Assembly (NCBI RefSeq): GCF_001194135.2
Contig: NC_068992.1
Span: forward strand, 13,285,806-13,318,714
Direction: 5' to 3'
Source: Octopus bimaculoides
Lineage: Eukaryota
Length of the DNA stretch: 32,909 nt
Position 1 is the first letter of the stretch. Every line of letters begins with the position of its first letter. The notes under the pieces were generated by a model. The model worked only from the letters and a program-made list of their open reading frames with translations, made no database searches and was not told the origin of the DNA. Shown piece by piece: positions 12,201 to 22,576 of the stretch. Made by a program: the position numbers and the translations under genes.

Positions 12201-13761
12201 GTATTGTATGTATCTCGATCGAATGCTGATACACTGCTAGCACTCTCAAACTTACCCAAACTAGGTGTGGCCATCTTTTAAAATGAAGGAGAGTCAACAA
12301 GCTTACTATTTCTGCTGGCATCGACACATTCATCTAAAACAATTAATTAAATTATGGTACATATTACCAACTCATTCGCGTTTTTTCGGTCACAGGTAAC
12401 TTAAAAGATTTAGCTCCTGAATATTATATCACTCTACTTCAAATAGGACATATTTCCCGTGATCATTATATTTGATAATGGTCTGTAAATTTCAGCACAG
12501 ATTCGAATAATATAATAATATACTAATTAAAAGAAAATGCTGGTTAGACAAATATTGAGCTTTGTTTTAATAATTAGTTGATCTAGCAAGTGGGGCCTCA
12601 TATCAGTGAAGGGGGCCGGTGCGCATTGATGCCGTCGAGAGGTAGGCCCCGAAACGGCGCGCATTCTCTCCTGATGACCCCATACACTTGCTGGCTTCCG
12701 GTATGCGGAGTTCTTGACTGGTAGCACTTGCATGTGCGAGTTGTTTGTAAGATATTTAAGACTTAGCTATCACTGCTATATTTATATCTTTTTCGATTAA
12801 ATAGTTATATCAAGATAAATTTTAGTCTGTATTCATGCAACCTAAAAGCGATATACTATGAAGAGAGTATTTAAATATGTGATGTTAACTTCAGTTTGTA
12901 TCACATTATGTTATATAATAAATACTACTGCATATACGAACCTACCCCATATTGTGAAATATATTAACTATTATTTTTCAGTACGTTATGAGAAAGACTG
13001 CAATATATGGTTATTGCTGTAAACCAACAATTCTGTTCTGTTTGAAATGCGGATAAGATATCAAAATACCATCGTATTGTGTTATGGCATTATGATATTA
13101 CATACTACATCCTCAATAATCGCATAAAATGTAAATATGATCTGCAATTATAGCTGTGCTATATCATGAAACACAATCGTTACTGTATTTCCTAAGGGAA
13201 GTATAGTGTATAATGATGCTTAAACGTTAGTTTCAGGCTTTGTCTTATCTCACCATGTTAGGAAACATATTGGAAACTGCGAGCTATCTAGGTATACGGA
13301 TAACATATTAATGTATAACCTGAGCAAAAGTTTGGCATTTTCTAAATATATTTGCAAATATTACTGAAGAGCGCGTAATCGCATTCTTGACGCCATTAAT
13401 CTAATAATGACTATAATCATTACGTCAAGTAAAATCAATCATACAAGTTCAACAAAATGTGGCAATGAAAATTATTTCAATTAACAAGGAAATGTTGCGA
13501 TTGAGTCTATGTACAAAGTTATTTAAGAGTAATTCATAAAGAATTGTATGCGGCGTCGACATGTGTCCTTGATGATATTCTTGATTTCTCGTTGGTCAGT
13601 TCCGCTACAAGTAAATGCCAGTTTGAAATGTGTGTCAACAATGTGACTTGTTATTACTGTTGTCAGGGTCCTGGTCTACATAGTGCGAATAACGTGCCTT
13701 CTTAAGGAAAACCTAAGACCCAATATAGCAATATATATTTCAATATATTTAACATTATACA

Positions 13762-13826
13762 TGTGTGTGTGTTTGTGTGTGTGTATGTGTGCATGTGTGT
13801 GTGTATGTGTGTGAATGTGTGTGTGC
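13762..13826. repeat. Imperfect (GT)n microsatellite
   Basis: Directly visible. Confidence 0.9.
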
Positions 13827-16589
13827 GCTCAATGATAGATATACGGGCACGAGAACATTATGAGCGAGAAGTGGTTTGTAAAGTCTATTTATATCTCATT
13901 TGTCAGCTTCGGCAAAGCTTGACGTTATCGAAATATACAGCCAAATACTTGTGGCAATTTACCTAATGCGCTATTCACATTAAATGTCGAGGATTCGCTG
14001 TTCTTACTAATGGATTAATGAAGGCCAACTCCAAGTCAACAGTACGCTGAAAAAATATTGTATATAATATCTATAAACAGTTGATAAAAGTAAAAGATGT
14101 AATTATCAATTGCTGTAATTTAATATTAAATCCACAGATTGTAGGCATTTAGTCAATATATTCGAATTTTCTTTTGTGTTTCTTTAAGTTTTCTATTTGG
14201 AGACTTCTCAGGTTAATTTTTGAAAATTCCTTTTAATAATTAGTCTGCACACACAAACGGCCGGCGAAATTCCAAAGTATATAAGTGTACCCTAAGCCCA
14301 TTTGGGACCATACCTTTCCTGACATTATCCATCGTGTTAATATGCACACACCAATCTATATTTGTCTGATTATGTAAATATTTCATACACACGTTCAAAC
14401 ACCTGTTGACGCGTCTTTCATAGCAACACACGTTTGAGCAATCATTTTTTTCTTTTTTTTTTAGTTTCAGTATCCTAAATTATAATGCCTTCCAACAATA
14501 TAAATATGTCTGCAATATTTTAGTGAGATGAATAGCTAGTAGCAATAAATGCTAGACAGCAGGGAACCAACTGTATCAAGACAATGATTGTTCAATGTTT
14601 CTGAAATGTTGTAGCGGAAAAAAAGTTGTTAGTATCTATGCTATCAGATTGCTATGAAGACGATTTCTGTTAGCAGATGCAGAATTGCTTAATAATCTAT
14701 TATTGCAATTTGAGTTCGTTGAGAACATTTTTATTGTATATTTTATTCTTCAATCAGCGCATGATGTTTTTTTTTGCACCTCATGTATGTGGTTTTCGAA
14801 GTATATTATCATTCATTACATAAATAAAAAATTATATGAAAAGTTTTCTATTATTCCACGGCAACATGCCTATTACTGAATTGTTTTGCGAAAATCACTC
14901 ATCACTTCTTCGATAACTTCGATGCTTCGTTGAGGAGTTCTACTATAACCAAGTTGTTCCAAAGTTTTCGAAAGAATAATTATCGCGTAAGTTAACATGT
15001 AATATTGTATTAGTTTGTTTTTATTAGTTTGCATTTACTGTCTATCTTTTGTTAAAATTTTGTCACTAAAATAATTGTTCATAATGTGGGTATTTTCCAT
15101 TAGAAATCGCAAAATCCTATTTTCCTATCAGAAGAATATGATGAGTAATTTCCATGAGTCTCTAGCAAGGGCTCATGTAAAGAAATGTCCCCATAAGTTT
15201 CTCCTACAACGAATGAAATAACCAGTCCATAACTAAAGTTCTGTATCTAATGCTTAGTTTTCATTTTTCCTGTTTTGATGACCCCTTTCATACAAAAAAG
15301 GGTCAATACAAATTCAAATACATATATATATCTAAAATTAAATGTAAAATATATATGACGATCAATCAATAATATCTTATTAATAAATCCTTTTATGCAA
15401 TTGCCTATTGCACACTGACACATGGGAAGTCTCTACTCTGCATGATTCGGCCAGGGAGTAATTTTTTCCTTCTGAGAAGCTTGTGCGACAACCATTTAAC
15501 CTGCAGAGGACGTTGTTGGATCCTACAATCCATTCGATTCTGCATTGTTACAGAAATATGAATGCGGAATCTGCCCCTCTAAGCCTGGAAGAACTATCAG
15601 TTCTTAGAGTAAAAAACAAAATTTAGTTGGTATTCGTAGAAGTGGTGAAGTTGTAATCAATACAAATAAAGCCTAAAGCAAACTTTTTTTATCAGTCTTT
15701 GCTTCTGTTAAATGTATTCCCTTTATCAAGATGTATTGCCATTCAACAACTACATTTTTTACATCTTCCGTTACTAACTTTTGTGCACATGACGTAAGTA
15801 TCTATGAAATGTCTGCTAGCTAAGGAGTTATGTAAATTTAATGTACAATTCAAAAATATTATTTGTTAATATTTTATATATTTTGTCCTAATTTTCTCTA
15901 CGAGCATTTACTCCCTATCACTAATATTCAAAATTTTAGCGATATTTAAGTGCATTAGACCCCATATTAGATAACCTATTAGAAATAATTTTCTCAAGAT
16001 TCTGAAAATGCAGGTATTGGGTCTGTTTGCTTTATTGCAAATATAATTGCAATCTGACTTTTGGGATCTTTATATTTCAGTAATTTAGTTCTCCGCCTGA
16101 ATTAGATTTTATTATCTATCCCTAGGTATTAATCTTTTAATAATTTCACACAATCATTCAAAATTTCACATACGATTTTCAGAACCCCAATATTATGTGG
16201 CGCCATTAAAGTGAGAGATATGCGCCCACCACAGCTGAGATTGTTTATCTGCACTTTAAAATTCTTTGCATTCCATATAATCCCCATTTTACTATCTCTG
16301 CAGCATTGATGTTCTTATTATTATCTTTAGTACTACAATTATTCTTCTGAATAACATAATCGGCGGACAGAGCGTCTCAAGCTATTCACTTACATAATTT
16401 ACGATTTGAAATTTTACGTGTATGCATTCTTTCTTGGGAGAGATAAAATAAGTAACAGTTAATCAAATACTGGATCGTTATTATCAGTTTAGCTATATTC
16501 TACACAATTCTTATAAACATCTTTATCCTTTTTGGCATTGCCACTTATAGATCAGTGATGGATAAACTAAGTACCTGCAATGAACTCTG

Positions 16590-16639
16590 GTGGGAATAGT
16601 ATAAATTCATGCATGTGGGAATAGTATAAATATATGCAT
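16590..16639. repeat. 25-bp tandem duplication
   Basis: gtgggaatagtataaattcatgcat (16590-16614) followed by gtgggaatagtataaatatatgcat (16615-16639); 2 mismatches. Confidence 0.92.
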
Positions 16640-16821
16640 GTTTGTGTGTGTAATGATAATTTTCTTTGAGTATAAACAACACCAGCCACTGTCAAATAGA
16701 TGGCAATCGTAGGTACGTTATTGTCTCTGCAATACTTTTGTCTAATTTAATGGAACTAATCCGAATAAGTCGTGTTTTGACGAGAAATGGTTCGACTCCA
16801 GCGAAGTTCCTCATATATATT

Positions 16822-17033
16822 TTTTCTTCTTTATGCAAAAGGCCCGAAATTTTGGGGGTTGGGGTCAGTCGATTATATTGATTCCAGAACGCAAGTGATT
16901 CTTAATTTATCGACCTCGAAAGAACGGACAGGAAAGTCGACCTCGGCGGAATTTCAACTGAGAACCCAAAGACAGACGAAATGCCGCTAAGCATTTTCCC
17001 GGCGTGCTAACGTTTCTGCCAGCTCGCCGCCTT
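16822..17033 (-). mobile_element. tRNA-derived SINE, same family as 11786-12021
   Basis: Shares gacctcggcggaattt..aact.agaac...gacgaaat...ctaagcattt..cc.ggc.tgcta.cg.ttct.ccagct.gccgcctt with the 11.9-kb copy; minus-strand head aaggcggcgagctggcagaaacgttagcacgcc. Confidence 0.9.
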
Positions 17034-17754
17034 GTTCCTCACATATTGTATGAATTTTCATTTTTTGTTATTTAGATGACGATAAAACATCATTGTCGCG
17101 TGCAATTATAGATATTGTTCCTTTGTCTTCCACGTGTTACTGTTCGTACATTTAGCTATCACCTACGCCGTTTACTAAGAAACAGAATTATAGAGCTGTC
17201 TCAATGGCAGGTAGGTTTATATTGATTCGAGAGTGAATATTGCATTACGCAAAAATATTTCTTTAGTAATTGTTTGTCTAGTTTCTTCATTTGTGAATGA
17301 GCCAGCTGCAGGTCTTGCAGTTATATTTATCATTGTTTACATTAGAATACTTATTGGCATCTATCGCAAATATTGGAACTTAAGTGGTTAATACAACATA
17401 ATATTTATACAAATTTCTAATTATACAAGTTCGCTGGAATGTTAATAATGTCATGAAATGGAATTTTAAAATCATAAAAGAAAATATTCTACTTCAAGAT
17501 ATTTATCAGATCATTTGAATCTATCTTTGAACAAGACTTGCCATTGGAATTTCTTTTATAATAGAAACTGAAAACTAAAAGATAGCCTCATCAAATATAC
17601 AGTAGTCCTGCTAATTAGCATATAATAAAACATTTCAATCGCTTTCCTTAATGCAAACAATACATTCTTTCTGGAATTTAGACCTTGAAAGTTTTCAATA
17701 AGCAATCCTTTATTGTATGTACACCACTAAATTCGTCTGTTGATATTAAAATTA

Positions 17755-17840
17755 NNNNNNNNNNNNNNNNNNNNNNNNNNNNNNNNNNNNNNNNNNNNNN
17801 NNNNNNNNNNNNNNNNNNNNNNNNNNNNNNNNNNNNNNNN
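17755..17840. other. Assembly gap (N run) followed by (TA)n
   Basis: Run of N. Confidence 1.
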
Positions 17841-19860
17841 TATATATATATATATTCATCTATACTAATGTAATAACATTGTAGTCATTTTTAATTCATA
17901 CTGAAGTTATACATATTCTGATTACTGACTATTTGTTTCTGATTGATCAATGTCACAGAAGACCTGATGCTGAAAATTATATTCGATATGTTTGAACGTA
18001 GTGATATAATGATACGTTTTATTGCAATATCGAGTTCACTTTCCCTGTTGATCTTTCGAAAGTTATTCAACTGCGTGTCTCTGAACAGCTTAAATTCACT
18101 GAAAGTAGAGATGTGTATCACACATATTGATTGCTGTCATTTTGAAATGTACCATTTCAGACATTAAGACAACACACTAAATCGAGAGAGTACAGTAAAG
18201 AATAGAAAGCGTAAAGCACCGATAACAATGGTGAGCACTTAGATTACTAAAATTTTGTGTAGTGAGACAATCTTTCAAAGACGGAATTTGCCCCTCATAT
18301 ATTCTGGGTTAATGTATGTGATAGTGAAATATAGATATTTTTAAGTCGACCAGAATCTCCGTATCGTGTGTATCCTATTGTAATGATATTAATCGATAAA
18401 TGCATCTTGGATATTTGACTTACACAGCTGGAAATCTGATCAACAAATAAACAAAAGCCCATTGACAATTTAATTAGGATTAAGTCGTTAAATGTGTATT
18501 TTCACAATTTCTCGTGTTCTTTTTCTTTTAAGGAACGGTGTTCGTTATTAAAATGTGTCTTCGTAATTAATTTTAAATTGTTAATAGTGTAATTTCCAGT
18601 CAACTTTAGAATCCGCCATAGAATTTTTGTTTTTGACGTTTTGATAAAAGTAATACACTTTCATCTTCTTTCTCTAACTTCCACGGAATCGTGTGGACAA
18701 AAAATATTGCAAGTTTCAGGAATCGAGAAATTTCTTAATCACATTACTTAGTCTTGATAGCCACAATCACAGCATGCCTTTTCATGTCATTAGTAAGCAT
18801 AGAGCTTGTAACTCTTATGTTCTGAAATACAAGTTCAATAAAAATTAAATTAAATAATGACAAAAATGCATGTGCACTGAAATACAGTCCGCATCCTGTA
18901 TATGTATACATACACACACATACATGCGTGTATGATAATGTTGTGTGTGTGTGTAGAAAAATGTCTTTACCGTAATGGATCAACGACAATAAATTTACAT
19001 TCGAAAGATGGGTGGTTATGAAATATGATACTTTAATATCGTTTCATATATAATATATTCCAAATCGGACTTCAGATATAACAATTTATGCAGTGAAAAC
19101 ACATAGAATATGAACTGTTAGTTATATTGATATTTTTTATTATTATTATTATTTCAAATATGCACCTACATCCTTAAGTTAAAGACCTACAATGTTTGCT
19201 ATCAATTTCGGTATCTCAAATTAATGCTGTGTTGGCGCGAATCATATTTAGCTTCGTGTATTTCTTTCCATGATGATTAAATCTCATCGGCATTTCTAAA
19301 AACATCCCTAAGTAAAAGGTGTAACGAATGTCAAGAAAAAGTAAGAAGATCATACATAAACATGATAACAAATTTGTAATTGCGTAAAATCTTTCACATC
19401 AAATATCGTTCTTAAGCAAACAATCTAAAATTACGTCCGTGAATGTCATTAGGAAGGGGGAAATATCTATCCAGAAGAGCGTTCATGAGGCTTCATAAAA
19501 TTTGTAAAGTTTGTAAAAAAAAATGTCAATAAATAATAGTTCAAGGCAAATTTAAAATATGGACAGTAGCTGTTCAGTCATTTATTATTAAACGCTAAGT
19601 ACTCTCAGGTAGTGAACATATAAACTGCATTCGTTTCAAATGTTTACAATACGTTCCGTGCCAGAATCACTAAAAAAGCTGCCTGAATGTTATATACTAT
19701 TTTTACATTTCTTTTAGTTCGGTGATGAAAGTCTGTCAGCATTTCGGTAAAGATAATATATAATGTCAGTTAAATACTCCTTATGCTTAAATGAACTAAA
19801 CCCTGTACCTCGAGTCTCAAGTTTTATGCCTGTATTAGAAAGAGCTGTTTGTGTTTTGAA

Positions 19861-20033
19861 AGCGAAGAATCGTTAAAGCATTGCGATATTTCTCTAGGCT
19901 GTTACGTTGATTTCAAACAAAGCAGAAATTAATTAAAATTTTCATCCCTTGAAGATCAATGAAATACAGTACTGGTTCCGTCGATGTAATTGATTAAGCT
20001 CTTCCCTCAAAATCTGCTGACCTGTTGCCTAAA
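19861..20033 (+). mobile_element. Heavily diverged copy of the same SINE family, in opposite orientation
   Basis: Colinear remnants matching the reverse complement of the other copies: agaatcgtta, ttacgttgatttcaaa, tttcatcccttgaagatcaat, gtcgatgtaattgatt, ccctcaaaat..gctgacct.ttgcctaaa. Confidence 0.5.
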
Positions 20034-20617
20034 CGAGGCAACATTTACAATATTTATCGAATTGTTCGATAAATGTTGTAATCGAGAATATATTCTGTTA
20101 TTCACTCTGGCATTTTACGTTTTGGTTTCAAATTCCACTCAACGCTCAAAACTATTTTGACTTGAATCTTTCCAAATTCGGGGAATTGCTAAAGTTAATG
20201 AAATCAAAAGCATATAATTAAAATCTATTGGTGTTGTTTCTAATTAGAAAAATACATTTCTTGATTGCTAAAGGGAGCACGAAAATGGTATGTAATCACA
20301 AGTGATCTGCATGGATTTCCAAAATACAGGCCAATTCATATATCTTCCAGTTAGGAGTATAGGAACGAAATCGTTGCAGGTTTTGGTGAAGAGTAAAAGA
20401 AAGAGCTGTTCACTTTCTAGGCCTCGATTGCCACGTCAGAGCTTTCTAATACGGCCTATTAAAAATCATGAGATAGAATAGTAATCACCGAGCGAAGCCT
20501 CTGAATAACTTAGTAAAGAATATGACAGCGAAATACAGCTAGCTATAGAAAAAGAAACAATTTAGAGCTGCGAATCAAATACTAGGTGCAAAATGAAAAT
20601 AGACGAAAAATATTCTC

Positions 20618-20998
20618 AAAGAAGAGCACTCCGTGAGCGCAAACCTCCGTGAAGGAAACTCCAACGTCCTCTCAACGATTAGTCAGAGATGATGTTTAAA
20701 ATGAGAATATTTAAAATGAACTCGACTGCTCTCACAAAGGAGAATAATAAAAATGAACCGGACTGCCCTCAAAAATTAAATTAAAAAAAAAGCAGGAAAA
20801 ATAATTCAGAAACCTTGTCCGGTACCAGATCGATGCTAAAATCTAATCCGTTCGTGCCAGTCACGCGGCCAAGCATCACTGAAAGTTTCATCTGAATCCA
20901 GCCAGCAGTTCTTGAGAGATCTTGTCTACGGTCAAACAAACGAACAAACGAACACGACTGAGACGATACCTCCTCCTTCGCTAAGGCGGAGGTAATAA
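20618..20998 (-). mobile_element. Complete Helentron-associated non-autonomous element (HINE / DINE-1-like), about 380 bp
   Basis: Minus strand: 5' ttattacctccgcc subterminal repeat with nearby inverted partner (tacctcc 20967-20973 / ggaggta 20988-20994); (TTCG/TTTG)n tract at 20931-20958; caagatctctcaagaac...ggattcagatgaaactttca block; two about 36-bp internal repeats (20712, 20748); 3' sub-TIR (acctccg 20643-20649 inverted to cggaggt 20987-20993); terminal hairpin gcgctc-acg-gagtgc (20640-20626). T-rich flanks, no TSD seen. Confidence 0.75.
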
Positions 20999-21224
20999 CT
21001 TAAAGCAACATAAAATTATTTGTTTGCTGGACAACAAACATTTTGCTACTGGGGATTAAAGCATGTGTTTTTGACTAAATCAAGGATGTTGATTCCGAAT
21101 CCGCACTCAGAATTGGTCCAGCACGGTTTCTCAAGGTTTTGAGTTATGCACATGCGCAAGATTATAACTATACTTTCGACTAGATATAGGCCCTATTATA
21201 AAATTTGCTAAAATGAAAGTGCTC

Positions 21225-22240
21225 TTAATTGAAAATTGGTGGTACGTCATTGCTTCTATCATACATTTTACCTCGTAACATTTCTAAAATCGTCTCTTCA
21301 TCATTTAAGTTTTGTGCAATATTTCCAGTCGCTTGTGTATTTACACCATCATCTTCATTGGTTGCTTTATCAGTATTCTCTGGTACTCTGCAGTTTCCAT
21401 CCGTTACATGTTCTTCATCTCTTACCATTTCATTACCGGTTTCTGCTACTGTTCCATTCTCCATCTGCTCCTTTGTTATGTTTCTCTGAATTTCTTCAAT
21501 CTCTTTTCCCGTAACACATTCGTTCCCATGGATTGCACTTGCATAGTCGTTCAGTTCCTGATGCTTCAAATCCTCCTTTTTCATCCTATATTCTCTTCAT
21601 TCGATTGATGAAGCTCTTTTTATTTGACTTAATTCTCGGCCAACATTCTATTACTATTTTTTTTTTACTTCTATTTCCTATTTCATTCTTTTTCTTTTTT
21701 AGTTTTGAAGGCGATTTTGGTCTTGTTGACGACCGTGCCTGCTGTGCGCGACACCTTAACTGTTAACAGCTCCAGCCCCGTTGGCGCAGTTGTGGTTGTT
21801 ATTTAATTTTGACATCACTCATTAAACGTAGTATTTGTAAGATTGTATAATCACGAGTATTTTTATCGTGACACCATGACTAGGTGGTTTGGTGGCCAAA
21901 GTTCCCTCGTGTACATTATTTTCAGTACGAGACTCCTTCATTCCATTTGACATTTTCACTCCTGAGAATTCTGGTGTCGAGATGACACAACTATCAGTGT
22001 TTTCATTGAGTCACCTTCTCTAGAGGGTTGCCGACCAAGGTTAAATCGACCCCTCTTCCCATGTGACAAGTTTAATCTCGCCAGACGCCAACCTGGTATT
22101 TCTACGTCTTGGTGTAGGCTTACAGGTACTGCACTTTGCCCAACGGTGACCTGACGGTAGTTGTGGTTAAGGGTAACCGTGTTCTTCTTACGTCGTAACA
22201 CCAGAACCAGGTGCAGCTTCACGCCATACCCGTGGCCTGT
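21225..22240 (-). mobile_element. 5' portion (leader plus N-terminal ORF) of an R4/Dong-like non-LTR retrotransposon; decayed, RT and endonuclease absent
   Basis: Minus strand: KKIVIECWPRIKSNKKSFINRMKRI*DEKGGFEASG (21657 onward; TAG at 21588-21586 where W is expected), frameshifting into ELNDYASAIHGNECVTGKEIEEIQRNI...ETILEMLRGKM...PP (ORF 21225..21584). This follows the recalled R4/Dong N-terminal pattern VMECY...YRKRMxxIWxEKG.F...QRLxDQxxxIxKNxWLxxxELEEIxR. Probable ATG at 21815. The GC-richer leader starts exactly at the (TAA)n array near 22240. Confidence 0.7.
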
Positions 22241-22250
22241 TATTATTATG

Positions 22251-22309
<59 letters not shown>

Positions 22310-22414
22310 CTTTTTGCTTGTATCGTTGTTGGTGGTATAAGCTGTCATCATCATTATCATCATCATGATCATGATGATCATCATTATTATTATTACTGAT
22401 TATTATTTTTATTG

Positions 22415-22462
<48 letters not shown>

Positions 22463-22463
22463 A

Positions 22464-22501
<38 letters not shown>

Positions 22502-22502
22502 A

Positions 22503-22575
<73 letters not shown>
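22239..22575. repeat. Compound (ATT)n (22239-22309), 35-bp spacer, (CAT)n, then long (ATT)n to 22575
   Basis: Directly visible; source of the poly-I/L/Y ORFs in the track. Confidence 0.97.

Positions 22576-22576
<1 letters not shown>

Noticed and set aside
16553-16568. cagtgatggataaact, resembling a hAT/Charlie terminal repeat
   Set aside because: No matching opposite end or 8-bp TSD found.
16789-16799. Perfect B-box GGTTCGACTCC
   Set aside because: No A box or cloverleaf upstream; an isolated match.
17156-17210. 55-nt candidate exon between catttag and cag|gtaggt
   Set aside because: Two frames are open, neither is recognisable; unsupported.
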